This document shows, piece after piece, positions 18,977-29,366 of a DNA stretch of 50,057 nt. The DNA comes from Methanothrix sp. (lineage in GTDB: Archaea; Halobacteriota; Methanosarcinia; Methanotrichales; Methanotrichaceae): NCBI GenBank assembly GCA_030611205.1, contig JAUWQF010000001.1, positions 1 through 50,057 on the forward strand. The letters run 5' to 3'. The notes below the pieces were generated by a model, which saw only the letters and a program-made list of their open reading frames with translations, was not told where the DNA came from and ran no database searches. Position 1 is the stretch's first letter; every line of letters starts with the position of its first letter. A program made the translations under genes and the position numbers.

Positions 18977-19310
18977 GATGGGTGATGATGCCCCCGCCGC
19001 CGTCTCTATCTTCGCCATGTAGACCTTCTGGGGCTCCGCTCTTATTGCTGTCCTACCAAGAGCCTGCTCCTTCGGACCCTACCCATACGTGCCCAAACCC
19101 CCTGAAGTCTCTGGACCGTGATCGGCGCCTTCGGCCAGAGAACGGTGGGATGTTATCACCATCGTCCACGCCGGATCTACAAAAGGAAAGCTTAATAAGG
19201 CGAGGGTTAGGGACGCTACCCTGGCTTATGAAGCTCATGCTCTCTTGAAGTCGGAACGGCCTTGATGAAGCGTTATCCTGATCGCCGGAAAATCAGATCG
19301 CGCCCGAGGG

Positions 19311-20444
19311 ATGGTCCGTATGAAGACGATAATCGAAATTCCGACATATGCAATAGTTCAAGGCACGGAGCATCGGATATACGATCATTCCCTGACCTTT
19401 AATGAGGAATGCAACCTACTAGGTCGGCTATTGAATAGCCTATCCCGGTCCGATCTCAAAGATACGCCGATCCTGATCCTCCCCACATCGTTCACGCCTC
19501 AGAGCGAGGAAAAAAGGAGGCGTTTCGTTGCAAATTATGATCTGGAGATCGATGTACTTACCGAAGATCGGCTGAATAATCTCAAGAGACGTGTAAGCGA
19601 TTTTTCGCCAGAGCTGTCAGAAAATATCGGAGTATCCGGGTATTCGTGCTGTAGAAATACCGGATTACTGCTGGGCGCTATGGAAGGTGCGGAGAATATT
19701 ATCTTTCTCGATGATGACGAGGTCGTGGAAGATAAACACTTCTTGAGGAAGGCCACCGAATTTGTGGGCAAGAGATACGGTGGCGAGGTTGTGGATGGGA
19801 TAGCAGGGTATTACGTCAACCCGGAGACGGGAAGCTACAAAGTAGAAGAATCGGTGCCCTGGTCGAGACGTTTCTGGAAAAAAGAGGAAAAGATGAACGA
19901 GGCCTTCTCGGTCATAGACTCCAAAGAGAGGTTGAATAAAACAACCATCGCCCTTGGAGGAAACATGGTCATAAATCGAAGGCTCTTCACCCAGGTACCC
20001 TTCGATCCCTGGATCGCGAGAGGCGAAGACGTCGATTATCTGCGGAACGCGGATCACTTCGGGTTCCAGATCCTGCTGGACAGAGAGCTGAGCATAAAGC
20101 ACCTTCCGCCCAAGATCCCTCTACCCTGGTGTACCCTGATGAGAAATGATATCTATCGCTTTTTTTACGAGAGGGAGAAACTGCTCCGCTGGGGGATCTC
20201 TGCAGCCTCTCTCGATCCCTATCCAGGTTTCTTCGTGCGCAAGAACCTGGGCATGAGGGTGTTTATTACCTCTCTATTGCTCACAATCGATCTCCTTTCC
20301 AAAGCCCGGTGGGAAGAGGCGAAAGAATGCCTGAGGAACATTCGGCATCTGCCGAGAGCAAGAAGATATGCGGAACGAAATGCGGGTAAATATGAAACGT
20401 TTAGAGAAGAGTGGGCGGCGTTTATGAGGGTGCACGCCCGATAA
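19311..20444 (+). CDS. Glycosyltransferase-like protein (GT-A fold, DxD motif)
   Basis: IIFLDDDEVVED (DxD), then GGNMVINRRLF..ARGEDVDY. This is pattern-level similarity only. Confidence 0.4.
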   Translation: MVRMKTIIEIPTYAIVQGTEHRIYDHSLTFNEECNLLGRLLNSLSRSDLKDTPILILPTSFTPQSEEKRRRFVANYDLEIDVLTEDRLNNLKRRVSDFSPELSENIGVSGYSCCRNTGLLLGAMEGAENIIFLDDDEVVEDKHFLRKATEFVGKRYGGEVVDGIAGYYVNPETGSYKVEESVPWSRRFWKKEEKMNEAFSVIDSKERLNKTTIALGGNMVINRRLFTQVPFDPWIARGEDVDYLRNADHFGFQILLDRELSIKHLPPKIPLPWCTLMRNDIYRFFYEREKLLRWGISAASLDPYPGFFVRKNLGMRVFITSLLLTIDLLSKARWEEAKECLRNIRHLPRARRYAERNAGKYETFREEWAAFMRVHAR

Positions 20445-20590
20445 GAGTACCTCGCCAGGCGATCACGTTCGAATACCTCTTTTATACCTTTGACCTTCGA
20501 ATTAGCATCGGTCTTCTATTTTTCGGAGTGCTGAGCCACTACCATCTATCCCGAAACGGATTCATATGATCACCGCGCCCATTACCTTAG

Positions 20591-21079
20591 ATGAAGGTGA
20601 TCGTCAAGAGATCGGCCCGGCGCAAGAAGACCATCCAGGCACGGATGGTCGACGGCGCCATGGTGGTGATGGCTCCCGCCACAATCTCGGACGAAGAACT
20701 CGAGGAGCACATATCTCAGTTCCGGGCCAAGATGGAGATGAAGATCGCGCCCAAAGACAACGCCCATCTCCAGAAGAGGGCCGATTATCTCAACCGGAGG
20801 TACTTCGACGGTGCCCTCGGCTGGAAGAGCATCAGCTACTCATATCGACAGATGAAGAGGCGCGGGAGCTGCACCCCGGCAGACGGGACCATCAGGATCA
20901 GCTCCCGGATGAAGAACGTACCTCAGTGGGTGGAGGACTACATAATCGTCCATGAGCTGGCCCACCTGGTCGAGCCCAACCACGGAAAACGGTTCAAGAA
21001 CCTGGTTCGCAGGTACCCGCTATCGGAACGGGCCACAGGCTACCTCATGGCCCTGGACGCCATGGGTCTCAAGGATTAG
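20591..21079 (+). CDS. DUF45/YgjP-like zinc metallohydrolase (M48-like)
   Basis: The C-terminal motif YIIVHELAHLVEPNHGKRFKNLV and the N-terminal SARRKKTIQARMVDG pattern are typical of DUF45. Confidence 0.75.
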   Translation: MKVIVKRSARRKKTIQARMVDGAMVVMAPATISDEELEEHISQFRAKMEMKIAPKDNAHLQKRADYLNRRYFDGALGWKSISYSYRQMKRRGSCTPADGTIRISSRMKNVPQWVEDYIIVHELAHLVEPNHGKRFKNLVRRYPLSERATGYLMALDAMGLKD

Positions 21080-21097
21080 CACCCGCTCGTTCATGTA

Positions 21098-22060
21098 CTA
21101 CATGAAAAACCCAGTGATGTTCCAGAGCTGCCGGTCCTGGGGATCCATATGGGTGTAACCTCCGGCGCAACAACGGAGCCAGTTCTTGTCTTCGGAACTG
21201 GCAGAGTAAAGAACGTCGCACGTTGCGGTCACATTTTTGCTGGAGAGAACGTATACCCATGTAACCCCTCCATCGGGACACCTGGCCCAGGTACGATCAT
21301 CGTTCTTGGTATCGTCCAGGGGGATGGTCCTGTCGACCACGGGCCCGGCATCCGTCCTCAGGAAGATAACCTCATTGCTGTTGTAGAGCCGCCCTTCCTC
21401 TATGGTCACCACGTAGAACCCCCTTGCTCGGATCGTGGCCTCTTCGGGTAGGGTCAAGTTTAGTCCATGGGCAGAGGAGAGGGTCCAGCCGCCCATATAG
21501 ATATCTTCATCGCCTCTGTTGTACAGCTCTACCCATTCGCCCCCTTGATCGTCCCCCTCGGGGTTGAGTTCCACCTCGTTGATGACCAGCGGGATTCCTA
21601 GATCAGAAGCCGACCACCAGTCGACGGGGTCAAACTCGTTGGTCTCGAAATCTCTGACCGTGGCATGACCGGCGTCTACCAGCATCTTGTTGAAGGACTC
21701 GTTATTGATGCTTCCGTTGGGCGTCTTTTGATAGACCACACAGATTAGCCTACCGTAGGGTCCGCGTCCGTCTTCGCTCTTGTTATCGATGTCCAACCAG
21801 ACGCGCTTATTCAGGAGCATGGCCTCGGTGAACTCCTTCGCGGCTCGTCCTTCGGCGGTATTCGAGCCAGGTGAGTCGACGTCTGCGAGCCTCACCACCT
21901 CGTAGCCCTCCTCTATTCGGGGATCGAACTTCTCTATCCATACCTCGAAGGTATCACCACTCTCAACGTAAGTAACGACGCCCATTGCCTCATCGGGTGC
22001 GGCCGAGGACGGTGATATCAGAAACATCAACAAAATCAAATTTAATATAATCCATCTCAT
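21098..22060 (-). CDS. Secreted staphylococcal-nuclease-like (thermonuclease) protein fused to a lamin-tail domain
   Basis: Signal peptide MRWIILNLILLMFLISPSSA. SNase pattern GDTFEV..VRLADVDSPG..AKEFT..YGRLICVVY. LTD pattern INEVELNPEGDDQGGEWVELYN. Confidence 0.75.
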   Translation of the reverse strand: MRWIILNLILLMFLISPSSAAPDEAMGVVTYVESGDTFEVWIEKFDPRIEEGYEVVRLADVDSPGSNTAEGRAAKEFTEAMLLNKRVWLDIDNKSEDGRGPYGRLICVVYQKTPNGSINNESFNKMLVDAGHATVRDFETNEFDPVDWWSASDLGIPLVINEVELNPEGDDQGGEWVELYNRGDEDIYMGGWTLSSAHGLNLTLPEEATIRARGFYVVTIEEGRLYNSNEVIFLRTDAGPVVDRTIPLDDTKNDDRTWARCPDGGVTWVYVLSSKNVTATCDVLYSASSEDKNWLRCCAGGYTHMDPQDRQLWNITGFFM

Positions 22061-22241
22061 CTGCTCACCGCCCGTTCTGATAAACCGGTCATTTGGTTCT
22101 CCATCTCCACCTAAATGTACTTTTTCACGCAGGCGCGTGGACGCCTTCGATAAGGTGGCCAGGGTGAGTGACCGACTGTCGTGGGAGATTGCGTTCCTGG
22201 ATGCCTCCGGCCTCCCCCCTCCGAAGTGCGGTCAGAATCCA

Positions 22242-23636
22242 TCACTTTGAACACAGCCTCTCCTCGATCGCCTGCATGCGTAGGCTCTCCTGGGCTCCGC
22301 TCTCCATGTCCCGCAGGGTTAGCTCGCCGGACTCCACCTCTTTGGGCCCCAGGATCACCACCTGCCGGGCGCCGATGGCGCTGGCGTACTTCATCTGGGC
22401 CCCAAGGCTACGGCCCATCACGTCCAGGACCACGGGAAAACTTCTCCGCAACCTCTTCGCCGCCTCGATCGCTTCCGCCCTCACCGAAGGGACGAAGGCC
22501 AGGACGACGGGAGAGGGTCTCTCGACGCCGACCCGGGCGACCTCCATGATCCGGTCGAAGCCGATGCCGAACCCGGTGGAAGACGTCTCCTTTCCTCCCA
22601 GAAGCCCGGCCAGGTGGTAGGTCCCGCCACCGCAGACCTGGTTCTGGGCCCCCAGTCCGGTGGCGTAGGCCTCGAAGACCGTTCCCGTGTAGTACTCCAG
22701 GCCCCGGACGATCTCGAAGTCCACAACAGCCTCCACCCCATAGCAGTCCAGAAGGTCCACCAGCTCCCCGAAATCCTCCAGACCTTCGCGGATCGAGCTG
22801 CTTGCCCCACCGACCGTATCAGACCTGGCCGACCTCCCGTTTTCGGGGTCTGCCGAAGAGGGTGATCCCCCCAGATCAGATGAAGATGACTCTTGTCGAC
22901 CAGACGAGATGGCATCTTCCGGGGCCGGGCTCGAACCACCGCTCGATATCCGGTCCAGCTCTTCCGCCAGGTCCATCGCCTTATCCAGCGCGCCCCGCCC
23001 CTTGAGATCGATCAGCTCATCGAGACCCAGATGATCCGCTTTGATCTCTTCGAGCTTTTCAGCGAGAAGCTGGCGTTCTTTCTTATCGATGAACCTCATG
23101 ATGGCCGGTCTATCTCCGGCGGGGATGCGACCGAGGATGGCCCTTATCAGACCGAGGTGGCCGACATGAAGGTCCACGGGAACGTTGACGCTCTTCAGAA
23201 GATCATGGGCCAGGGCGATGACCTCTGCCTCGGGGTCGGGCTTCTCGCTTCCAATAAGCTCCACGCCCAGCTGCCAGAACTCCCGGAAACGGCCCCTCTG
23301 CGGCCTTTCGTACCGGAAACAGTTGCCGAAGTAGTGTAGCCGGAGAGGCTTGGGTGCGTTCTGGAGCTCGTTCACGTACATCCTCATCAGGGGCGCGGTA
23401 AGTTCCGGACGGAGAGCCAGACCCCGCCCGCCCTTATCTTCGAACGCGTATATCTCGTCGATTATGGACTGGCCAGACTTGATCGTAAAAAGCTCCAGTT
23501 TCTCGAAGGTGGGAGTGGACACCTCCTGATAACCCCACCGCACCAGCAGGTCCTGCATCACCCTCCTCACCGCAGCCCTCTGGAACGCCTCATCGGGAAG
23601 GAAGTCTCTCGTACCTCTCGGTCTTTGGATCGTCAT
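22242..23636 (-). CDS. hisS: Histidine--tRNA ligase with a Ser/Gly-rich insertion
   Basis: RGTRDFLP, LRPELTAP and FRYERPQRGRFREFWQLGVE are class II HisRS motifs. About 55 aa of low-complexity sequence is inserted at about aa 232-290. Confidence 0.92.
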   Translation of the reverse strand: MTIQRPRGTRDFLPDEAFQRAAVRRVMQDLLVRWGYQEVSTPTFEKLELFTIKSGQSIIDEIYAFEDKGGRGLALRPELTAPLMRMYVNELQNAPKPLRLHYFGNCFRYERPQRGRFREFWQLGVELIGSEKPDPEAEVIALAHDLLKSVNVPVDLHVGHLGLIRAILGRIPAGDRPAIMRFIDKKERQLLAEKLEEIKADHLGLDELIDLKGRGALDKAMDLAEELDRISSGGSSPAPEDAISSGRQESSSSDLGGSPSSADPENGRSARSDTVGGASSSIREGLEDFGELVDLLDCYGVEAVVDFEIVRGLEYYTGTVFEAYATGLGAQNQVCGGGTYHLAGLLGGKETSSTGFGIGFDRIMEVARVGVERPSPVVLAFVPSVRAEAIEAAKRLRRSFPVVLDVMGRSLGAQMKYASAIGARQVVILGPKEVESGELTLRDMESGAQESLRMQAIEERLCSK

Positions 23637-23825
23637 GCTAACCCAGACAATATCACAAAACGCCCTTATAGTTTATGCCGTGCAGAGAGGCGCGCCAGGC
23701 AAAACAGATGTCTGGAACAGTACCCCGGCCGGCCGTATTCGCTCGTGGTAAAAAAAATCGGCGCAGGGATATCCGACATGTGCTGGAGACCTGTCCGGCA
23801 CCTGTCCATGTACGAGCGCTAAGCG

Positions 23826-24317
23826 TTAAGGCCCGGTGACGCCCTGGGTGGGTTGGACGAGGATATCCGAAGTCGCTATGGCAGTGCCACCCCTGCCGGT
23901 GTTGATGGCTATCACTATTATCTTGCTAACGTCGATCTCCATGAAGTTCAGATCCGGAGATTCTGCGCCGAACCGATCGGTACAGATCACCGTGTTGCCT
24001 TTATCGGTGTTGATGGCCACCACGCCGTAGAAGGTCTCTTCAGGTTCGGGGTCGCCGAAGGGATAACCATCGGGCCGCCGAATCCGGAGCGCTCCTGCGT
24101 CGAAGATGCTCGGGGCCGCCGATAAATTGGGGGCGCACCCGAAAGACGGCGGATCTGCAAAGCTGGAGCGGAACGCCACCAACTCGCTGAACGCCGGATA
24201 GCTTTGATCTGCCTCCCAGCCAGGGAAGATATCATCTCCACCCGCTGAGGTGACGGAGCTAAAAAGAAGGGCTGCGCCCACCAGCATCAAGCCGATGGAC
24301 CATCGTTTTGTAACCAT
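23826..24317 (-). CDS. Secreted hypothetical protein
   Basis: N-terminal signal-like MVTKRWSIGLMLVGAALLFSSVTSAGG. No motif recognised. Confidence 0.5.
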   Translation of the reverse strand: MVTKRWSIGLMLVGAALLFSSVTSAGGDDIFPGWEADQSYPAFSELVAFRSSFADPPSFGCAPNLSAAPSIFDAGALRIRRPDGYPFGDPEPEETFYGVVAINTDKGNTVICTDRFGAESPDLNFMEIDVSKIIVIAINTGRGGTAIATSDILVQPTQGVTGP

Positions 24318-24366
24318 AGCATCCCAGTCTCGACCTTGTACAGAAGCATCTTCCCTTCTGCCGCTA

Positions 24367-24879
24367 CTAGGCCTGAGTTGTATCTAGAGTCACATGGTTA
24401 CTCGCGACCGCCCTGCCGAAGATACCCGTACCAGCAGCCATGGCGATCTGATCGCCGGAACGGATCAGCTCGACGTTTACCACCATCGAATCAGAGCGCT
24501 CCTCAAGCTGTAATCTACCAATTTCGCTGGAGATCAACGACGTATTTCCGTTAGACTGAGACTTTACTATCTCCTGTGCTCTCATAGTAGGAGTAACAGC
24601 CATATTCCCCGCCGTCTGACTTTTCGTGAGGTCGAAGAAGTTCGTCGCCCATCCGTTCGACACAGCAAACGCTCGCTGGCTGCCCAGATCGACAGCATCG
24701 AAGTTGACGTTAGGCGCGGTTACCACGAACGCCATACCGCCATCAAATCGCATGCCATCAAACTGCATGCCGCCAAACTCTACGTAAGCTACGCCCTCGG
24801 GTAGCTCCCACTCCTGTGCCACGGCCGGAAGCACGAAGATGGCCATGGCCAACACTAATAGTGCCGCAATTTTTTTCAT
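24367..24879 (-). CDS. Secreted hypothetical protein
   Basis: Signal peptide MKKIAALLVLAMAIFVLPAVAQE. No motif recognised. Confidence 0.55.
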   Translation of the reverse strand: MKKIAALLVLAMAIFVLPAVAQEWELPEGVAYVEFGGMQFDGMRFDGGMAFVVTAPNVNFDAVDLGSQRAFAVSNGWATNFFDLTKSQTAGNMAVTPTMRAQEIVKSQSNGNTSLISSEIGRLQLEERSDSMVVNVELIRSGDQIAMAAGTGIFGRAVASNHVTLDTTQA

Positions 24880-25112
24880 AACTTCACCCCTTCATTGCTA
24901 ATGTATTTGTAACTACCACAGAATCATACTTATAATTTTTGGTAACTTTGATATTCCGAATGACTATAGACATATCGTTCCCGATCCACATCGGAAGCCC
25001 TTATAGCGTGGGCCGAAGACGTTTTAGGATGATATTTATCGGGCAGGGCTATCGTCCGCCACCCGTAGAATGATATGGGATAACAGAGCGACCCTAATCT
25101 TCGCCACGGCGG

Positions 25113-26738
25113 TCAGGCGAAGATTAGCTTCCTGACCCGCATCGTCTTCAGATCGATATGGGGCACGATCCCCGGTACCGGCTGGATGTTCATCTTCTTC
25201 TGGTAATCGGTCTGAGACTGCCAGGTACCGCTGTTTACCACGGTCACCCCCTTGTAGCGGGTTATGCCCATGGTATGAACATGGCCACAATGGAGGATGG
25301 CAGGCGGTTTCTGGATCACCAGGAGGTCCTCCCGTTCGGGGGCGATGGAGACCCTGTTACCATATATGGGGGAGAGGTGCCTCCTTTTCAGCATCTCTAC
25401 CATCACCTTCTCGGGCTCGCCGTAGGAGAGGCCGGGTATCTTGAGAACCAGGTCGTCGATGCTCCGGCCGTGATATACCAGCCAGTCCACGCCGCCCAAC
25501 CTGAACCAGGCCGGGTTGCCCAGAAAAGATACGTTGTCTCCAAACAGGTCCTGCACCGGCTCGAAGAGGGCAGGCTGTGGCTCGGCCTGCCTCACCGCGT
25601 CGTGATTGCCGGGAGATATCACTATACGAACCCGTTTGGGGATGGCCGCCAGGAGTTCCGCGGCCAGTTCATACTGTTCCTGGACGTCCTTTATGGCCAG
25701 GTCGGCCTCCTGACCCGGATAGATCCCGATCCCGTCGACCAGATCTCCGGCTATCACCAGATACCTGACCGCCGAGGCCAGCCCGTGAGGATCGTCCACC
25801 TCTCCGTTGATCCAGGATACGAACCTCTCCCATGCCCCCTCCATGAAGTATCTGCTCCCCACATGAAGGTCGGAGGACAAAAGAGCACCACCCTCGCCTA
25901 TGGGGGTGGACTGGCTCTGGATGTCGGGCCAGATCAGAGAAGTTGCGAAGACCATGCGCCCTCCGTCGGTGGTGCCGGTAACACCGATCACCTCGTCCGT
26001 GACCAAAGATGTCGCCTGCTCAAAGGCGCTGGATCCCTTCTGGAAGACCACCGTGACCATGCCTGTGGGATCTTCCAGCTCCACTATCCGGTTCCCCCGG
26101 GCGCTGGTCCTGAGATCCATCACCATCCCCGCGATGGAGATCTCCCTGCCGACGGCGCTCTTTCCCAGGCTCTCTATCGGCCTGGCGTTCAGCCTGGCGG
26201 AGAGCATCTCCCTGATCTTGCCGTAACGATCCCTGAAGTACCTGACGAAATCCTTGTACTCGCCCACACAGGTGGACCTACCGGTTATATCGCTCAGCAC
26301 CTCGACGTCTCCCAGATTGTCCGACGCCGAGGAAAAGCTGGACTGGTGTGGTCTCGGCGAGGGGTGGTCCACAGGATCCGGTATCCGACGCTCTCCGCGA
26401 AGATATGACTTCTCTCGCTCGATGACGGCAACATCTCCGCTGACCGGAGATGGCCCGATCTTTGATCCGCCATCCGGTCCGCCACCGAACAAGACCCGCG
26501 GCCGGTGCGACGGGCTGGGCCTCGCTCCGGAGAGATCGCCACATGAAGGCGCCCGAGCAGGTCCGATCCCGGCGGATCTTATGTCGGATGCGCTGACCAC
26601 CAAGGTAGAAGGATCGAGTTTCTCCACCACGTTCTCTATCAGCGCTTCCTTCGATCCCGGGTAGAAACCGATCAGCTCCAGCGCGTCGGGATCTATCAGA
26701 TAGCCCTCCTCGGCAAACCGCCGGACGATCTCCTGCAT
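25113..26738 (-). CDS. DNA polymerase II (PolD) small subunit DP1
   Basis: N-terminal IVRRFAEEGYLIDPDALELI. Calcineurin-like phosphoesterase motifs include SDLHVGS, GDLVDG, GNHD and CGHVH. Confidence 0.9.
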   Translation of the reverse strand: MQEIVRRFAEEGYLIDPDALELIGFYPGSKEALIENVVEKLDPSTLVVSASDIRSAGIGPARAPSCGDLSGARPSPSHRPRVLFGGGPDGGSKIGPSPVSGDVAVIEREKSYLRGERRIPDPVDHPSPRPHQSSFSSASDNLGDVEVLSDITGRSTCVGEYKDFVRYFRDRYGKIREMLSARLNARPIESLGKSAVGREISIAGMVMDLRTSARGNRIVELEDPTGMVTVVFQKGSSAFEQATSLVTDEVIGVTGTTDGGRMVFATSLIWPDIQSQSTPIGEGGALLSSDLHVGSRYFMEGAWERFVSWINGEVDDPHGLASAVRYLVIAGDLVDGIGIYPGQEADLAIKDVQEQYELAAELLAAIPKRVRIVISPGNHDAVRQAEPQPALFEPVQDLFGDNVSFLGNPAWFRLGGVDWLVYHGRSIDDLVLKIPGLSYGEPEKVMVEMLKRRHLSPIYGNRVSIAPEREDLLVIQKPPAILHCGHVHTMGITRYKGVTVVNSGTWQSQTDYQKKMNIQPVPGIVPHIDLKTMRVRKLIFA

Positions 26739-26778
26739 CGAAAACGATTATATCAAGTACCACTGATAAAGCTGCCCG

Positions 26779-27555
26779 ATGAGACTCATTGAGTGGCTGA
26801 AAGGAGAGGGGACCGGTCGGGGTTTTCTCCGCGACCTGATATTCGTAGTCCTGGTGGTGGGAGCCATCTCAGCGATCTCCCAGATCACCCTCGGCGTGTG
26901 GACCCCCATGGTGGCTGTGGAGTCGGGCAGCATGGACCCGAACATGAAGATAGGAGACATCGTGCTGATCCAGGGCGTCTCCAAGACGGATGTAATCGCC
27001 TGGGAAAATGGAGAAACGACGGGTCACGACACCTTCAACAACCCGGGAGACGTCATCCTTTACCGTCCTTACGGGAAGGAAAAGCTTACCCTCATCGACC
27101 AAGCGTCTCACCTGTTCCTCAGAAAACCCTACCCTCCCGAGAAGGCCACGCCCATAATACACCGTGCCCTCCGTTGCGTTGAGGAAGGCGAACCCATGTG
27201 GGAGGGTGGCCCCCCAGCGCCCTTCTCCGGGTACATCACCAAGGGGGACAACAACACCGAGATCGATCAGCGAGCCGGCGAGATCCTGGGTGTGGTCAAC
27301 CAGAAGTACTTCCACGATCAACAGATGAAGGGCGAGATAATATCCATCGGCAAAGACGCCTATCTAGACAAAGAGACCGGTCTTGCCTTCATCGATATGG
27401 ATAACGAGACCTACGCCGTCTGGGGGATCAACTACAGAATGCCCGTCAGAGACGAATGGGTGATCGGTGTGGCACGTCTCAGGATCCCTCTGATCGGCTA
27501 CGTCAGGCTGCTGCCCAGCATAATCAGGGACAAGATCAAAGATCTGCTGAGCTGA
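26779..27555 (+). CDS. Signal peptidase I (archaeal/eukaryal S26B type)
   Basis: A TM segment is followed by the VESGSMDPNMKIGDIVLIQ catalytic Ser motif. ITKGDNN lies downstream. Confidence 0.85.
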   Translation: MRLIEWLKGEGTGRGFLRDLIFVVLVVGAISAISQITLGVWTPMVAVESGSMDPNMKIGDIVLIQGVSKTDVIAWENGETTGHDTFNNPGDVILYRPYGKEKLTLIDQASHLFLRKPYPPEKATPIIHRALRCVEEGEPMWEGGPPAPFSGYITKGDNNTEIDQRAGEILGVVNQKYFHDQQMKGEIISIGKDAYLDKETGLAFIDMDNETYAVWGINYRMPVRDEWVIGVARLRIPLIGYVRLLPSIIRDKIKDLLS

Positions 27556-27556
27556 A

Positions 27557-28183
27557 TCATAGGCTCTTTTTGGCGATAACCGCCCAGTGATCCTGGTGGT
27601 AGGGTCTCAGATCTACCACCTCCTGCAGATCTGCCCCCTCCAACCGGCCCAGCTCGGCATGGAGAACCTCCTTGGGCGGGCGGGTCACGTCTATGCTCCT
27701 GGTCTTGACCATTAAGATCAGGATGCCCCCGGGCTTCAGATATCTGGCAACGTTCCTGCTGGCGATCTCTGCCTGGTTCCTCTGGGCCACATCCTGGTAG
27801 ACCAGATCTACGGGCTCCAGAAAGGCGCCGTAGCTCTCCGGCCGGGACGCATCTTCCAGCAGAGGGACGATATTCTCTCTAGACTCGCAGAGGCGGAGGA
27901 GGTCGCGCATCGATCGGGGCGAGAACTCCACCGCGTAGACCAGGCTCACCATATCGCTGACGTGGCTCACCGTGGTCCCGGTGGCCGCGCCCAGGTAGAG
28001 CACCCTCGAGGCCGGTGATAGGCCCAGCTCGGACCGATGACTTTTCAGCAGGAGCGCCCCGAGCTTGCTCCGGAAAGGATCCCAGATCCGGTAGCCCTCG
28101 ACGATCCTCTCCCCGTAGACGGAGACGGGTGCCTTCGGACGGGTAGCTATACGCCTCCGATCGCCCAGATCGAGGTCGTACAC
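27557..28183 (-). CDS. flpA: Fibrillarin-like rRNA/tRNA 2'-O-methyltransferase
   Basis: YRIWDPFRSKLGA, VLYLGAATGTTVSHVSD and DVAQRNQAEI. Confidence 0.9.
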   Translation of the reverse strand: MYDLDLGDRRRIATRPKAPVSVYGERIVEGYRIWDPFRSKLGALLLKSHRSELGLSPASRVLYLGAATGTTVSHVSDMVSLVYAVEFSPRSMRDLLRLCESRENIVPLLEDASRPESYGAFLEPVDLVYQDVAQRNQAEIASRNVARYLKPGGILILMVKTRSIDVTRPPKEVLHAELGRLEGADLQEVVDLRPYHQDHWAVIAKKSL

Positions 28184-28230
28184 CCCAGAGATGATCTCCG
28201 AGACCTGCAGAGTCTCACCGCCAAACCGGC

Positions 28231-28662
28231 TCAGAGGTCCGTGCCCACTGAGGTGGTGGTCAGCTTGACGTGCTTGACCCCCTTGAGAGCCATCATCTTC
28301 TCCGCCGCCTCTCTCACCACCTGACCTTCACCTCTGAGAGTCACGATCTCCAAACAGTTGTCTTCATCAAGATGGATATGGAGCGTGGACTGGATGGTGC
28401 CCACGAACTCGTGCTGTATGTTGGTAAGAGAGTCCACCAGACCACGCTGATGATGGGAGTAAACCATGGTTATGACCCCGATACGATCGCCTTTGACGTC
28501 GCTCATCCACTCGTAGTGGATGATATAGTTCCTGATCGCGTCTCTTATGCCCTCCGACCGGGAAGAATATCCACGCTTTCCGATTATCCCGTCGAACCTG
28601 TTCAGCAACGATTCCGGGAGGGATACCCCGATTCTCATGAGTTCTTGTTCCATAAAGTACAC
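28231..28662 (-). CDS. nikR: Nickel-responsive regulator NikR
   Basis: Ribbon-helix-helix [36 protein letters not shown], plus a C-terminal ACT-like domain with an HHH/LHIHLD pattern. Confidence 0.85.
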   Translation of the reverse strand: MYFMEQELMRIGVSLPESLLNRFDGIIGKRGYSSRSEGIRDAIRNYIIHYEWMSDVKGDRIGVITMVYSHHQRGLVDSLTNIQHEFVGTIQSTLHIHLDEDNCLEIVTLRGEGQVVREAAEKMMALKGVKHVKLTTTSVGTDL

Positions 28663-28795
28663 CTTAGGGCAGCATTATAATCACATATAGTAATAAACTT
28701 ATTGGAGTGATTTCTGAAAAGGTATACTAAAGATCTTCGATTCATGCGAAGCCGAACATAAAAGCTTTTAGCTCTGACCTCAGATCGTAGACGGT

Positions 28796-29359
28796 ATGCC
28801 AGACATAGCGTTCATCGGCGAGAAGACCTTCCTCTTCGAGAAGCTGCTCAAAGAACAGGGACGTGAATACCAGTTTGTCGATCCGGGGATACTGGGTAGC
28901 CCTTTTCTTCCACGGTTCAAGATGATCATCATACCTACCGGCTTTGCCAACCCCTTGTATTCCAAAACCTTGCCGGGCTTGAAGGCATGCAGATCGAAGA
29001 TAGCCGACTTTGTGGAGAAAGGGGGGGTATTATCCGTCTTCGGGCCGCTGGTGCCCGAGCACCGTTACGACTGGCTGCCGCTAACGCTCAGATACGTCCA
29101 GGATTACAGATCCACGGAGTTGATCCCCGCCTCGGACCATCGGTGCTCTTGCCTGGCGGAGAAGACGTCCGTGGAATGTGACGGCTACCTGATCCCGGGA
29201 GAGGGGTTCGAGACCGTGCTCACCGACCCGGAGAAGAGAGCGGTCCTGGTGGTGGGAAAGTTCGGAAAAGGGCTGATAGTAGCCACCACCCTGCACGAGT
29301 TCCCCACCACAGAGTACATCAGCTGGGCAGCAGACGAGGGGCAGCCAGCGAAGATATGA
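28796..29359 (+). CDS. Hypothetical protein (possible class I glutamine-amidotransferase-like fold)
   Basis: The ORF has host-like composition. The MIIIPTGF..FVEKGGVLSVFG pattern is only suggestive. Confidence 0.35.
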   Translation: MPDIAFIGEKTFLFEKLLKEQGREYQFVDPGILGSPFLPRFKMIIIPTGFANPLYSKTLPGLKACRSKIADFVEKGGVLSVFGPLVPEHRYDWLPLTLRYVQDYRSTELIPASDHRCSCLAEKTSVECDGYLIPGEGFETVLTDPEKRAVLVVGKFGKGLIVATTLHEFPTTEYISWAADEGQPAKI

Positions 29360-29366
29360 GGCGCAG

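Noticed and set aside
18982-19248. An 88-aa Pro-rich ORF and a GC-rich 330-bp spacer after the DUF333 gene
   Set aside because: There is no start context and no motif, and the composition looks like non-coding or decayed sequence. I cannot support a feature there.
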